A stretch of 64,000 nt of DNA, from NCBI RefSeq assembly GCF_006345805.1, contig NW_021831846.1, positions 1-64,000 of the forward strand, read 5' to 3'. The notes under the pieces were generated by a model that did not search any database, was not told the DNA's origin, and saw nothing but the letters and a program-made list of their open reading frames with translations. The DNA is from Octopus sinensis (taxonomy: Eukaryota). Positions 12,638 to 25,750 of the stretch are shown here, piece by piece. Made by a program: the position numbers and the translations under genes. Each line of letters opens with the position of its first letter. Position 1 is the stretch's first letter.

Positions 12638-13040
12638 GGATCTTTTCGGTTTGAACGGCAGTTTTTCTAGTGGTGTCATATGAAATTGTCAACTAGTATC
12701 GATCTATTGCATTTCAATCTGTTTTTGAGTTAGGGTTAGGGGTGGAGCGAAGGGTATCTTTTTTCTTCACAAATGTAAATAAACCCAATCTGTTTCTTAA
12801 ACGAGGGACATATTCATACGGCACAGAATGTTGTTTTACCTCAATAGACAGTCATTGATTGGTTGAAATTGCAGAAATTGAAGATAAAAAACAACAAATA
12901 TCTTACAATCTATAGAATTTTCTCAATAAAGCCAAGAGAAAAAGTTGTTTTATAAACACATTCTACCAATATACGAAGTTTAAAATTTTTTAGTCACCTA
13001 GAAATTATGTTAAAAACTGCCATTCAAACCGAAAAGATCC
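12638..13040. mobile_element. MITE, TIR GGATCTTTTCGGTTTGAACGGCAGTTTTT, 8-bp TSD GAGTGATC
   Basis: TIRs and TSD read directly. Confidence 0.9.
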
Positions 13041-14074
13041 GAGTGATCTGGACAATCAAACTAGTAAAAGTAATGAGTAAAATAGCAATTTGGGTGGACA
13101 ATTACATTAGGTGAGAGATACAGTTATTCTGAGATTATTTTTTTACAATTTCGTCCATTGGTTTGCCTGCAATGAACAGATAAGTTTGGTTGAGAGCGAG
13201 GCCTAGTATTGTTCTTCTCCAGAACGTTTCTGAGATTCAGTCCATTAATTTTACCTGCAATCTTCAACCATGCATGCATATTTTTTTTTTTTTTTTTTTT
13301 TTTTGCAGGTGGAGGATAGAGTCAGACACAGGAGACCAGGTCTGAGAGGGTTATCAATCAAAAGGCTATATTCTGCCCTAATTAGACATCTGACAGTTAA
13401 TGGTGCAGTACCCTGCAGTAAATTGGTAGCTTAAGAAGGTTTTATTGTTAACCCAAAGCCAACTTTGATCTGGCTGTAACCAACAACACTATTGTCCACT
13501 TTTCCTTGTCCGCAGAGATTGGACAGAATTTGTTGAGGCAGATTTTCTACAGCCGGATGCCCTTCCTGTCACCAACACTCACCTGTTTTTAAATAAGGTG
13601 TTTTCCTTATGACCAAACTGGTTTTTATGGAAGATCAGAAACGAAGGAGACTGCCTGCATGATGCAATCACTCGCTTACAACTGTCATGTGAAGTCAAGC
13701 AAGGACACAATAACACACACACACATGCACAAAGGAAAACACACACACATACACATAGAGGCAAGCACACGCACTCACACAGAAGCAAACGCATACATGC
13801 ACAGAGGCAAACACACAAACTAGCAAGCAGACACCTCTGATAGGCTTCTTTCAGTTTCCATCTACCAAATCCAGTAAGGGGCTATAGTAGAAGACACTAG
13901 CCCAACATGTCATGAAGTGAGACCGAACCCACACCCTGTGATTAAGAAGCAAGCATCTTACAACACAGCCATGACCTGTGCCTATGAAATGCAATGTTAA
14001 AATTAAAAGGCTCTGATAATACAACAGAAGTCCCTAAATTAAAAGGCAAACAGAAAGTGAGAAAACACAACCAT

Positions 14075-14479
14075 AGGCGCAGGAGTGGCTGTGTGGTAAG
14101 TAGCTTGCTAACCAACCAGTTGGTTCCGGGTTCAGTCCCACTGTGTGGCATCTTGGGCAAGTGTCTTCTGCTATAGCCCGGGCCGACCAAAGCCTTGTGA
14201 GTGGATTTGGTAGACGGAAACTGAAAGAAGCCTGTCGTATATATGTATATATATATATATGTATGTGTGTGTCTGTGTTTGTCCCCCTAGCATTGCTTGA
14301 CAACCGATGCTGGTGTGTTTATGTCCCCGTTACTCAGCGGTTCGGCAAAAGAGACCGATAGAATAAGTACTGGGCTTACAAAAAGAATAAGTCCCAGGGT
14401 CGAGTTGCTCGACTAAAGGCGGTGCTCCAGCATGGCCGCAGTCAAATGACTGAAACAAGTAAAAGAGAGTAAAAGAGTA
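14075..14479 (+). mobile_element. SINE family A, about 50 nt downstream of and antisense to the DRG1 stop
   Basis: Full length. Confidence 0.8.
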
Positions 14480-14530
14480 TAACTTACCATTTCTCCATAG
14501 AAGAAAGGAGGTGGTTGACAAGTAGGTGAC

Positions 14531-14536
14531 TTTATT
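14531..14536 (-). promoter_or_regulatory. Candidate AATAAA poly(A) signal overlapping the DRG1 stop codon
   Basis: Minus strand AAG AAA TAA A contains AATAAA; the next one I noticed is at 13441-13446. Confidence 0.35.
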
Positions 14537-14631
14537 TCTTCACAATCTGAACGACATCTTCATCACACAGGATGTGGTCTTTGCCAACCTTCTGAGGCTG
14601 ATGCTTCACGGATGAGCCCCATACCAAGGCA
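14532..14631 (-). CDS. DRG1: DRG1 coding exon 9 ([33 protein letters not shown])
   Basis: Manual translation; acceptor CAG, TAA stop at 14534-14532; TGS C-terminus. Confidence 0.96.
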
Positions 14632-14780
14632 CTGGAAAAGAGAGTAAACACGTCTTTGAATCTTTTACCGGTTTCAATCACTGGAACACGGCCGCATGCT
14701 GTGGCGCCTCTGTAAAGAAGTGCTTCTTATGTGGCACCGATGATACACACCCTGAAATTGCTGGCCTTGTGCCAAACTTT

Positions 14781-15224
14781 GAAAGAAGAAGAAGAAGAAG
14801 AAAGAGAGAAGAAGAAGAAGAAGAGAAGCAGAAGAAACAGAAGAAGAAACAGAAGAAGAAACAGAAGAAAAAGAAGAAAAAAAGAAAAAGAATGTGAAGA
14901 AGAAGAAGAAAGAAGAAGAAAGAGAAGAAGAAGAAGAAGAAGAAGAAGAAGAAAGAGAAGAAGAAGAAAGAGAAGAAAGAGAAGACGAAGAAGAAGCAGG
15001 AGAAGAAGAAAGAAAGAGAAGAAGAAGAAAGAGAAGAAGAAGAAAGAGAAGAAGAAGAGAAGAAAGAGAAGAGAAGAAGAAGAAGAAAGAGAAGACGAAG
15101 AAGAAGAAGCAGGAGAAGAAGAAGAAAGAGAAGAAGAAAAAGAAAGAGAAGAAAAAGAAGAAGAAAGAGAAGAAGAAGAAGAAGAAAGAGAAGAAGAGGA
15201 GGAATGTGAAGAGGAGGGGGGGGA
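14781..15224. repeat. (GAA)n-based polypurine tract filling most of DRG1 intron 8
   Basis: About 440 nt with almost no pyrimidines on +. Confidence 0.95.
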
Positions 15225-15257
15225 CAGAGCCACTACTGCTGTAGCCGTTATACATAC

Positions 15258-15380
15258 TGTTTGAACTCTCTCATGATGTTCCGATGAATTTTGTCACAGA
15301 AATCTTCCACACTGCTTTTGCCTTGTTTCAAAACAACTGGAGAACGGTAGTCTGGCAGCTGGCCCTTCGGTTTAGTATAG
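15258..15380 (-). CDS. DRG1: DRG1 coding exon 8 ([12 protein letters not shown]...REFK-H)
   Basis: Within ORF 15248..15589; acceptor CAG, donor GTATGT, phase 2. Confidence 0.96.
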
Positions 15381-15649
15381 CTGCAAGAGGCAACAACAAA
15401 ACAGAAGGCATAAGTACAAAGAGGGGAAAAGACAAGTGATGCTGTGCAGTGGGACTGAACCCAAGACCATTGTAGTTGGCAAGCAAGCTTCTTAACCTCA
15501 CACCCACGCCTGCAACCACTGATACCATTTCTCAGATATTCATTGTTATATCGACACAAATCAATTACGATATGATTATGGTTTTCCATAGTCCAGGAAA
15601 GACATTCTACAATTTCTTGCTAAACAACCTACAAAAATTGATCTGTTCC

Positions 15650-16195
15650 ATCATCATCATCATCAACAACATCATTCATCATCATCATTGTTCGACCGTG
15701 GTCGAGACAATGGAATTTACCATGCTACGCCAGACTTCACGGTCCATCATGGCATTACGGAGGTCCTGTTGCTGGATGCCTGTATCCCTGGAGATTACAT
15801 CAGGGTAGGAGAGTGTACGCACTCTGGTATTGCGAGTAGATGGCTTCCAGAGGAGAAGAGTAGAAATTACTTCTTTTTCAGCTCTACAACAATGTCCAGC
15901 AAACTGGACTCTCCTACCTTTCACAAGAGATGACACAGGTGGTAATTTCCCATATATTTGCATTTTGGTTGGATGGCGCTTCCATGAGAGATTTTGAGCT
16001 CTCATAAGGAGCGAGTGTAGGTTCCATCCAACCACCTCTCAAGCTTCTTTGATAACGTCCAGGTTTCTGAGCCATATAGTAGAATTGGTTCGACTGTGGC
16101 TTTGAAGATTTCAAGTTTGAAGTCTCTACTTAGATTTGATGACCAGATCTTATGCATGTCATTACAGGCTGACCAGGCCATACCCTTTCAACATT
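15650..16195 (-). mobile_element. RTE-type LINE 3' fragment
   Basis: FKATVEPILLYGSETW, RRVQFAGHC, DREVWR; (TGA)n tail. Confidence 0.8.
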
Positions 16196-16372
16196 TAACA
16201 TCTGTTTTCGAAGCTGGCATTGGTCAGGTGACTTAAAAGGAACTGACAAAGCCAGGGACCGCACCAGGATTCATAGTCTGTTTTGGCCAGGTTCCTAGGG
16301 CCTGATGCCGTCCCTAATGCCAACCACTTTACAGGGTGTACTGGGTATTTTTAAGTGACACCATTATCCATT

Positions 16373-17312
16373 TCTATTTCTTTACTACCCACAATGGGCT
16401 AAACACAGAGGGGACAAACAAGGACAGACAGAGGGATTAAGTTGATTACATCGACCCCAGTACGTAACTGGTACTTAATTTGTTGACCCCGAGAGGATGA
16501 AAGGCAAATTCATCCTTGGCGGAATTTGAACTCAGAACGTAGCGACAGACAAAATACCTATTTCTTTACTACCCACTAGGGGCTAAACATAGAGTGGACA
16601 AACAAGGACAGATAAGGGATTAAGTCGATTACATCACCCCCAAGTGCGTAACTGGTACTTAATTTGTAGACTCCGAAAGGATGAAAGGCAAAGTCGACCT
16701 CGGCGGAATTTGAACTCAGAACGTAACAGCAGATGAAATACAGCTACGCATTTTGCCCGGCATGCTAACGTTTCTGCCAGCTCGCCGCCTTATGCGACAC
16801 CATCATCAGTGCTTCTTAGGCGACACCAGCACCCACACCAATAAATTTTGTGTGGCACCTTGGCTTGAAGATCTCAATTCCGTTAATAATGATCAAATGT
16901 TTGCACTGTACATAAGCTCGCTGCCCCCATCAAATTGACATTGCTTAAAAAGGTGCACAGTGTACCATACGTTAAGTATCAAAGTGATTGCAGAGGAATT
17001 GAAACCCTGATCTCACAATCATGGGTACAACACCCTAACCACTAGGCTATGTGCAATCATTACACAGACATTGATTAACCTATTTCTTTACTACCCACAA
17101 GGGGCTAAACACAGAGAGGACAAACATGGACAGACTAACGGATTAAGTCGATTATATCGACCCCAGTGCGTAACTGGTACTTATTTAATCGACCCTGAAA
17201 GGATGAAAGGCAAAGTCGACCTCGGCGTAATTTGAACTCAGAACATAATGGCAGACGAAATACCGCTAAGCATTTTGCCCGGCGTGCAAACACTCCTGCC
17301 AGCTCGGCGCCT
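16373..17312 (-). mobile_element. Cluster of SINE family D copies (partial tandem 16373-16790; 17080-17312)
   Basis: Head GGCGGCGAGCTGGCAGA...GAGTTCAAATTCC; other copies near 8105, 29000-29228, 40835-41060, 57525. Confidence 0.72.
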
Positions 17313-17484
17313 TCTTACTTCTTACTACACGGCCATGCCTGTGCAGAGAAATTTTCAAGCAAGTGTGATCTTGTTGGGATTTTTGTTATCAAAATTGTGG
17401 GCAGACACCTGCAGAAGCAACTTGAAGAGAACTTACATTGAAAGAACAAAAAAAAAAAAAAAAAAAAAAAAAAAGAAAACTAAC

Positions 17485-17597
17485 ATTCGAACCAGTTTTA
17501 AATATTCCCAAAGTCTCTCAAGGAGATCATCAAAGTTCCACTTGTGGTGAGCTGATAATGGTACACAATGGGGGATTTTGTAGATAATGTCTAATTC
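17485..17597 (-). CDS. DRG1: DRG1 coding exon 7 ([38 protein letters not shown])
   Basis: Manual translation; acceptor CAG, donor GTTAGT, phase 2. Confidence 0.96.
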
Positions 17598-17723
17598 CTG
17601 GAAATAGAAGAAGTGAAATAATAATAAAAATAAGTTTCATTTTAAAAAGATGTTTATTCGTGACAGAGGCAATATTAATACTGAGACGCAATATTTATCT
17701 CCACTTAACATTGTAGCATTTAA

Positions 17724-18195
17724 TCCTTTCGTTACTGTATTTATTTTGAGATGCTCTGTGTTTCTTTCAATTACTTCAAATATAATAAAGAATTTAGTAA
17801 AATAACTTAGTTACCATTAAGCTAGTGTTAGGAACATAAACTGTGACTAAGGTTTGGTGGAAGATTTTAATTCAAAACTTATGAAAACAAGACATTTGTA
17901 CTACATAGCCAGAGGCACTTTCAGCTAGGTTGGTATCAAAAGGGTTAAGAATTGTTTCTCTATTATATATTTTAACCCTTTTCTTACCATATTTCTGTGG
18001 AGATGCTCTGTGTTTCTTTCAATTATTTTAAATATAACAAAGAATTTAGTAAAATAAATTGGTTATCATTAAGCTAGTGTTAGGAACATAAATTGTGACT
18101 AAGGTTTGGTGGAAGATTTTAATTCAAAACTCATGAAAATAAGACATTTGTATTACAGATCCAGAGCCGGTTCAGCCGGGTTGGTAACGAAAGGG
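17724..18195. mobile_element. Two tandem TTAA-flanked piggyBac-like MITEs (17724-17944, 17976-18195)
   Basis: TTAA|CCCTTT...AAAGGG|TTAA termini; same body. Confidence 0.75.
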
Positions 18196-18255
18196 TTAAA
18201 CTGGCCATATCCTGTCCAAATATTCCACCCGTTTTATGTTCAAACTAAATATAAG

Positions 18256-18645
18256 TAGAATGGTTGTATACTGTCAATCTAACTTGAACGTGACAGTAGG
18301 GGGGTACTCCACCGCCGTTTAGCCCTAGGAAGCATCGACACCTCCTGATGGCTTTGACACACTTTTCCTGTGTCCTTATATACATTTACGAAGGGGAGAC
18401 AAACATCCCCAACCGCCAGGGTTGCATCTAGTGTTTGTCTCCCCTTCGTAAATGTATATAAGGACACAGGAAAAGTGTGTCAAAGCCACCAGGAGGCGTC
18501 GATGCTTCCTAGAGCTAAACAGTGGTGGTGAACCCCTCCTACTATTACGTTCATGTTAGATTGACAGTATACAACCATTCTATCGCCCCACCACCGTACA
18601 TATCTCTACGAGAGATTTAGAAATTTAACATTTCTGATAAGTGTA
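18256..18645. mobile_element. Inverted repeat (arms 18256-18405/18432-18582) of a family related to 9862-10490
   Basis: Shared GCCCTAGGAAGCATC...CTTTGACAC...TTCCTGTGTCCTTATAT motifs; about 150-bp arms, 26-bp spacer. Confidence 0.75.
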
Positions 18646-18659
18646 TGTAGCATCAGCTG

Positions 18660-18890
18660 TAGTGTGCAAGAGAGAAGACTGCACTGGATTGGCCATGAAT
18701 GAGGACAGTTGCATCAAGAGGTGCCGATCTCTAATTTTTGACTAAACATGTGAAAGGGGTAGACCCAGGAAGACGTGGGAAGAAATGGTAAGAAAGAATC
18801 TGCATATGTTGGGCCTCGCAGAGGGGATGACGGAGGACCGACACATTTGGTGGTTTGCTGTGCTTGAAAAGACATGACAAGCTAAGCAAA
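18660..18890 (+). mobile_element. Old RTE-like LINE 3' remnant
   Basis: ERRLHWIGH, RGRPRKTWEEMVRKNL...DRHIWW. Confidence 0.6.
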
Positions 18891-19246
18891 AGCAGGGTTG
18901 CCCTTGCATACAGGTTCACCCTTTACAACCCCCTGGTTGTACTGGGACTTATATTATCGACCCCTGAAAAAACGAAAGGTAAAGTCAATCTCAGTGGAAT
19001 TTGAACTCATAAAGAGGTAAGAGAAATGCCACCAAACATTTTGCCCAGCACCCTAACCATTCTACCAGCACACCACCTTAATCATATGAATGAATTCCAA
19101 TATTTTAAATCTGGGTTTGTCCCCGTTAATGGGGGGTGGCCAGATCTACCTCACTTTTACAGCCATCACTCTCACACCATCTTGTCAGGTTTTGGGCGTC
19201 CTCCCTCCTAATCTCCTCCTCCACGTTTTCTTTATAACACTCATAA

Positions 19247-19632
19247 TTCTTTTACTTGTTTCAGTCATTTGACTGCAGCCATGCTGGAGCACCATCTATA
19301 GTTGATCAAATCGACCCCAGGACTTATTTTTTATAAGCCTAGTACTTATTCTATCGGTCTCTTTTGCCGAACTGCTAAGTTACGGCGATGTAAACACAAC
19401 AGCATCAGTTGTCAAGCAATGTTGGAGGGACAAACACAGGCACACAAACATACACACACGATATATATGATGGGCTTCTTTCAGTTTTCCGTCTACCAAA
19501 TCCACTCACAAGGCTTTGATCAGCCCGAGGCTATAGTAGAAGACACTTGCCCAAGGTACCACGCAGTGGGACTGAACCCGGAACCATGTTGTTGGTAAGC
19601 AAACTACTTACCACATAGCCACTCCTGCACCT
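19247..19632 (-). mobile_element. SINE family A
   Basis: Full length, diverged. Confidence 0.78.
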
Positions 19633-19887
19633 TAATACGATCTGTTAGATAATAATAATAATAATCTTCTCTACTATAGGCAACAGGGCCTGAAATTTTG
19701 AGAGAGGAGTGTAGTTGATTACATCTACCCCACTGTACATTTTCGACAGACAGGCTAATGTGTGTGCGTGTGTGGGGTGTTACTACACAACCCCCACCAG
19801 TGGCAGCAGTGTGCCAAGTAGCGGCTCAACACAGAACACACAAAGAGACTCTTGGAAAATCTTGCTGTAATCTTGTGGCTAGCTTAC

Positions 19888-20073
19888 CTCGACTGATATT
19901 TGATCAATTTTATTGAGTACGTAAATACAAGGGATATAGACTCGGTTGCCCTCGACGACATCGATAAGATCTTCTGCTGTGGCATCATAGCGCAACACGA
20001 TATCAGCGTTGTGGATTCGATACTCTCCAAGGATGGTCTTTACTGTATCCAAGTCCAACTCTGATTGAGAAGC
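19888..20073 (-). CDS. DRG1: DRG1 coding exon 6 (ASQSELD...NKIDQISVE)
   Basis: ORF 19879..20133; acceptor CAG, donor GTAAGC; G4 NKID. Confidence 0.97.
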
Positions 20074-23000
20074 CTGAAAGAAAAAAGAAAAAAACATACA
20101 AAAGCATGAAAAAATAAACTCAATGAAGATCAAAGTTCGTTATCACTACAGTTGTTGTTGTTGTTGTTGTCCAAACTACAGTAACCATTGTTGCTAGGGT
20201 TGTTGCTTCAGCCCCAAGTATAACTGATCAGACAGCCCTATTAACAAAAGAGTTTCAACCATGACCACCTCATCTTGTTCCTATATGTAAGGAACCTTGA
20301 GAGAATACAGAGGAAAAACAGCCAACCCCGTTTCATGTTCAAACTAGTGTTCCAGCAGAGGGGGTGAGTATAAAGAACAATATATATCTTAGGTCAACGA
20401 TTCTCATGATTAATTTGCTTCAGATCACTGGAAATACTTTCACTCGACAATCTCTTGGACGATGACTATACTGTGTGCGTACGTGTGTTGTGTGTGTGTG
20501 TGAGAGAGAGAGGGAGAGAAAGAGAGAGAACACTAGTTCAATACCTGCTGCGTTATATCCAGCCCAAACAGCCAACCCCGTTTCATGTTCAAACTAGCCG
20601 TGTCCAGCATCTAATGCCAACCCTACAATGTTATTCTAAAAGTAAAAACAATTACATCTTCAAAATCTCTAAGCTACAGGATAATACAGGATTAATTTTT
20701 TGAAATGAGAATAAGCAAGCAGCATCCTATTTGACAGAGTAATCTGGATGCTAAAGAGTTAAGGGAACAGATGAGGAAAGCAAGTGGCATAGATAGGGAG
20801 CGTGAGCATCGTCTGAAAAGATTGCTCCACAGACTCCGATCAAGACATGGAGTCCACATTAGTAAGAAGATGGATTACATTTCTCCTAATCACATTTTTT
20901 TTGGCAGTGATATACTTGGAGGTGGAACCACCAATATGTTATTAAAAAAAAACAAAAAAAAACAGAAAGGGTTCCATTTTAGATGTCTGCAGAAAACCTG
21001 AGTCATCGTATGAAAAAACGGAGTAGCCAATGCAATCGTTTCCCATCTGTCCCATCCATCCATCTTCTCTACCCTCTATTCTTGGGAGGATCAAGAGGGT
21101 AAAATCCTCAGGCACCTCCTCAATATGGTCCTATCAGTAGCAACCACCATTACACTTTCTGGCAGGATTCCCAAACTTGACCAACTAAGACTATGGGTCA
21201 GGGTGCCAAGACCACCATCCGAGCATGATCGTTGCCAGAGCAGCCAACTGGCTTCCGTACCCGTGGCACATAAAAGACGTAAAAGGGCACCATTCGAGTG
21301 TGATCGTTACCAAAGTCGCTTCACTGGCACCTGTGCTGGTGACACGAGTAAAAAGATTCGAGCGAGGTCGTTGCCAGTGCCACCTGACTGGCCCCCATGC
21401 TGGTGGCACATAAAAAGCACCAACTACACTCTCAGAGTGGTTGGCGTTAGGAAGGGCATCCAGCTGTAGTAACTCTGCCAGATCAAGATTGGAGCCTGGT
21501 GCAGCCATTTGGCTCACCAGCCCTCAGTCAAAATCGTCCAACCCATGCTAGCATGAAAAGCAGACGTTAAACGATGATGATGATGATGATTTTGTTGTTG
21601 GTCTGCTCCTAGGTTCCCTGCCAGTTGGCTTAAGATTGAAGGCTCTGCCTTTGCGATTCTTTCCCACAACTTGCAAATCAATGTGCTTCAGTGGTGTACA
21701 ATGGAAGAGATTAAAAGTTTCTTGACCAAGGGCCAGCTCCAACAAACCAGAACACAGAGAACAGGTGATAACCAAATGTTAACCCTTTAGCACCTAAACC
21801 AGCTGTAACCAGATCAAATATTCTTCCTGTTTTGTGTTCAAACTGGCTAGATCCTGCATCTCACACTTACCCTGCAATGTCACTCTAAAAATAAACAACT
21901 ACCTCATCAAAATCTCAAAGCTATGAGATAATGCATGACTAATTCAAAACAGTCATCATCATCGTTTAACGTCCGCTTTTCATGCTAGCATGGGTTGGAC
22001 GATTTTGACTGAGGGCTGGTGAGCCAGATGGCTGCACCAGGCTCCAATCTTGATCTGGCAGAGTTTCTACTGCTGGATGCCCTTCCTAACGCCAACCACT
22101 CCAAGAGTGTAGTGGGTGCTTTTACATGCCACCGGCACAAGGGCCAGTCAGGCGGTACTGGCAACGACCTCGCTCGAATCTTTTACACATGCCACTGGAG
22201 TGTGAATAAATAAGCAATGCATTTGACAGTAGTCATCATCATCGTTTAACATCCGTTTTCCGCGCTAGCACGGGTTGAACGGTTCGACCGGGGTCTGGGA
22301 AGTCAGGGGCAGCACCAGGCTCCAGTCTGATCTGGCAGTGTTTCTACGGCTGGATGCCCTTCCTAACGCCAACCACTCCGCGAGTGTAGTGGGTGCTTTT
22401 TACGTGCCACCTGCACAGGTGCCGGGGGGGTGTTCTGGCATCGGCCACGATTGGTTGGTGCTTTTAACGTGCCACCGGCACGGAAGCCAGCCAAAAGCTT
22501 CCTTTTCAAGGGAACTAACCAAAAACCAGTGGCTCGCAAAAAGACCAGGATAAGGGCCATAAGGAGGTTTTTGAAATCCAATTTCAAAACCTGCAACATT
22601 GCTGTGGACAACCAAGAAATTGTCAGTGCTTATTCAGTTGCAGTAATCAACCAAAGAGTGTACGATGGAATAAGGGGTTTTGAACACTATTACAACAATC
22701 AGCTTCATCATCAACATGGTGCAGTTTGCTGCTCCCAAGTATTCATCCCCATCATAAATAAGACTGTGGACATGCGGGCAGTGGGCGGAACCACCTTGCG
22801 GAATCTCGGTTGAATGGATTAACCCCAGTACTTTTTGCCTTGCAGGACACTTGTACTTATCCTATTGGTCTAGTTTGCCAAACCACTAAGATACAAGGAC
22901 TTAAACACACCAACATCAGTTGTCAAGCAGTGGTGGGGGGTCAAACATAGATACAAAGACGTGTGTGTGTGTGTATAACCTGTGCTCGTCTGGCACCTGT

Positions 23001-23224
23001 GCTGGTGGCTCGTAAAAAGCACCATCCGATCATGGCCGTTTGCCAGCCTTGTCTGGCATGTAAAAAGCACCCACTACACTCACGGAGTAGTTGGCGTTAA
23101 GAAGGGCATCCAGCTGTAGAAACACTGCCAGATCAGACTGGGCCTGGTGCAGCCTCCTGGCTTCCCAGACCCCAGTCAAACTGTCCAACTCATGCTAGCA
23201 TGGAAAGCAGACGTTAAACGATGA

Positions 23225-23288
<64 letters not shown>

Positions 23289-23648
23289 CATACACACACT
23301 TATGTGTTTGTGTGATAGACTTCTTTCAGGTTCCACCGACCAAATCCGCTCACAAGGCTTTGGTTAGCCAGGGGCTATATTAGAAACCAACAGCCCAAGT
23401 GCCACATAGTGGGACGACTTGAAACCATGCAATAGCCATGATGGTCATGACCTACACACACACACACACACAGAGATCTGATCAGCTCTTGTAGTTTTCA
23501 TCTGTCAAATTTTACTAACAAGGGTTTGGATGATCCAAGGCTATAAAAAAACCTGGAAAGAGGCGGTGAATTTAACTTCTTAATCATCCTACCTGACCAA
23601 AAATATATACATAAATCACCCAACAACTGGCAATACAGAAGACAAAAA

Positions 23649-24054
23649 CCCATCATCATCATCGTTTAACGTCCGCTTTCCATGCTAGCATGGGTTGGAC
23701 GGTTCAACTGGGGTCTGGGAAGCCAGGAGGCTGCACCAGGCCCAGTCTGATCTGGCAGTGTTTCTACAGCTGGATGCCCTTCCTAACACCAACCACTCCG
23801 TGAGTGTAGTGGGTGCTTTTTATGTGCCACCGACACAGGTGCCACACGAGGCTGGCAAACGGCCACGCTCGGATGGTGTTTTTTATGTACCACGGACACA
23901 GGTGCCAGACGAGGCTGGCGAACGGCCACGCTCGGAAGGTGTTTTTTACGTGCCACCGGCACGGAGGCCAGGCGAGGCTGGCAAACGGCCACGATCGGAT
24001 GGTGTTTGTTACGTGCCACCAGCACGGAGGCCAGTCAATGCGGTGCTGGCTACG

Positions 24055-24057
<3 letters not shown>
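23649..24057 (-). mobile_element. SINE-like family C with 4 internal 63-bp repeats
   Basis: GGATGCCCTTCCTAAxxCCAACC core, (TGA)n tail; copies near 11178, 21205, 21955, 22234, 22980, 32134, 34945, 61520. Confidence 0.7.
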
Positions 24058-24089
<32 letters not shown>

Positions 24090-24547
24090 AAATATTAGGG
24101 AATAAATCCAAACTTACAGGGAAAAAATCAGATTTAGGATTAAATCCAATTTTATAGTATAAATATATTATATTATATTATATTAAATTAGAGATAAAAC
24201 CACTATTAGGCAAATCAAACAATGAAAAACATAAGCCAATACATAAAATTAATTAATTTATATTATTTTAAATATCAAAATATATTCTTTCCTAGAAGGT
24301 ATTGGAATATCCTTCAAGGATGAATTCCAAAATAGCGGTTCTATCTTACCTGTAAATTCCATAATTTACGAAGTTGAGATATTACACTCAATATACGTAA
24401 TTTATCAATATATTAATTAATAATAAAATTTGCATACACATATATACATACATATATATATACACACATACACATACATACATACACACATATATATATA
24501 TACATACATATACACACACAACCCATTTGTTGGAATTACAAACTCAC

Positions 24548-24717
24548 CGTAAATGTAAGGTTAATGCCGCCTTTGTCTTTCCGCCGGAAATGGATGTTTG
24601 GTGGAGACTTGTTCAATCGGATCCCAAAGCCTTCTAATTCATATTCTATGAGCTTCTTGTGTTGTAAAGGTTTTAGCACATCAAGAACAATGAAAATCAA
24701 GCTGCAGGTTCGTGCCA
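24548..24717 (-). CDS. DRG1: DRG1 coding exon 5 (V-ARTCSLIF...GGINLTFT)
   Basis: ORF 24536..24718; acceptor TAG, donor GTGAGT. Confidence 0.97.
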
Positions 24718-25717
24718 CTAGGGAAGAGATAATTAAATATAATTAAATAAATCAAATGATTGATAAGTAAATAAATCTGATACAAGACGGAAACTGAAAG
24801 AAGCCCGTCGTATATATGTATATATATATAAGAATGAATGTTTTTATATATAATGAACGTGAAATACAGGAAGGGACGAACACGGAACACAGACAAATCA
24901 TTCGAAGCCTTCAATCTTCAGTCAGACACCGAATCATCATAGCAAATTTCGGCTGTTCAATTCTGATATTTGCTCCAACTCGGCCAGCCCCAAGAAAAAA
25001 AACTAAGCTGTAAGCATTAGATTTCTTGGTAGAAGACAGGAATGTGAACGCACAAGACGGATGTAAATACAAGAGACGAAAACGAAATTGAAAACAGTAA
25101 TGAATAAACAAAAATATATATAACGGTGGTTGTCATACGACTTTAGACCAAATGAGACAAAACAACAACATAGCAGCTGGCGTAGAAATAATTACCGTTT
25201 CGGTAGCGGGGACACATGTTGGTCGAGATACGATGGCCAACAGAATGGTTTAAGAAGCAGCAGGTCGCAGGAGAGAGAGAGAAAGAGAGACAGAGAGAGA
25301 GGGAATCAAAGAGGGTGGAAGGCAGGGGACAGAATCAGTGACCAAGAGAAAAGGAGAAAGAAGGGATTAAGGAGGATGGGAGGAAGAGGGGAGGAGGATG
25401 GGAGGAAGAGGGGGGAAGAATCGGAGGGCGCCAAAAAGTTTGGTGAAGAAGCAATGGCGGGTAGGAAAGACAGTGTGTATAGAAGTCGTGCAGGGTTTAA
25501 AATTGGACATGTATGTTTGTGTGTCTGTGTTTGTCCCCTTAGCATTGCTTGACTACCGATGCTGGTGTGTTTATGTCCCCGTTACTTAGCAGTTCGGCAA
25601 AAAGAGGCCGATAGAATAAGTACTGGGCTTACAAAAGAATAAGTCCTGGGGTCGAGTTGCTCGATTAGAGGCGGTGCTCCAGCATGGCCGCAGTCAAATG
25701 ACTGAAACAAGCAAAAG

Positions 25718-25750
<33 letters not shown>

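Noticed and set aside
14674-15264. E/K/R-rich and F/S/L-rich ORFs
   Set aside because: Products of the (GAA)n tract inside DRG1 intron 8.
23813-24057. CRISPR-like array
   Set aside because: Contiguous 63-bp tandem units without unique spacers, inside a eukaryotic retroposon; no cas genes.
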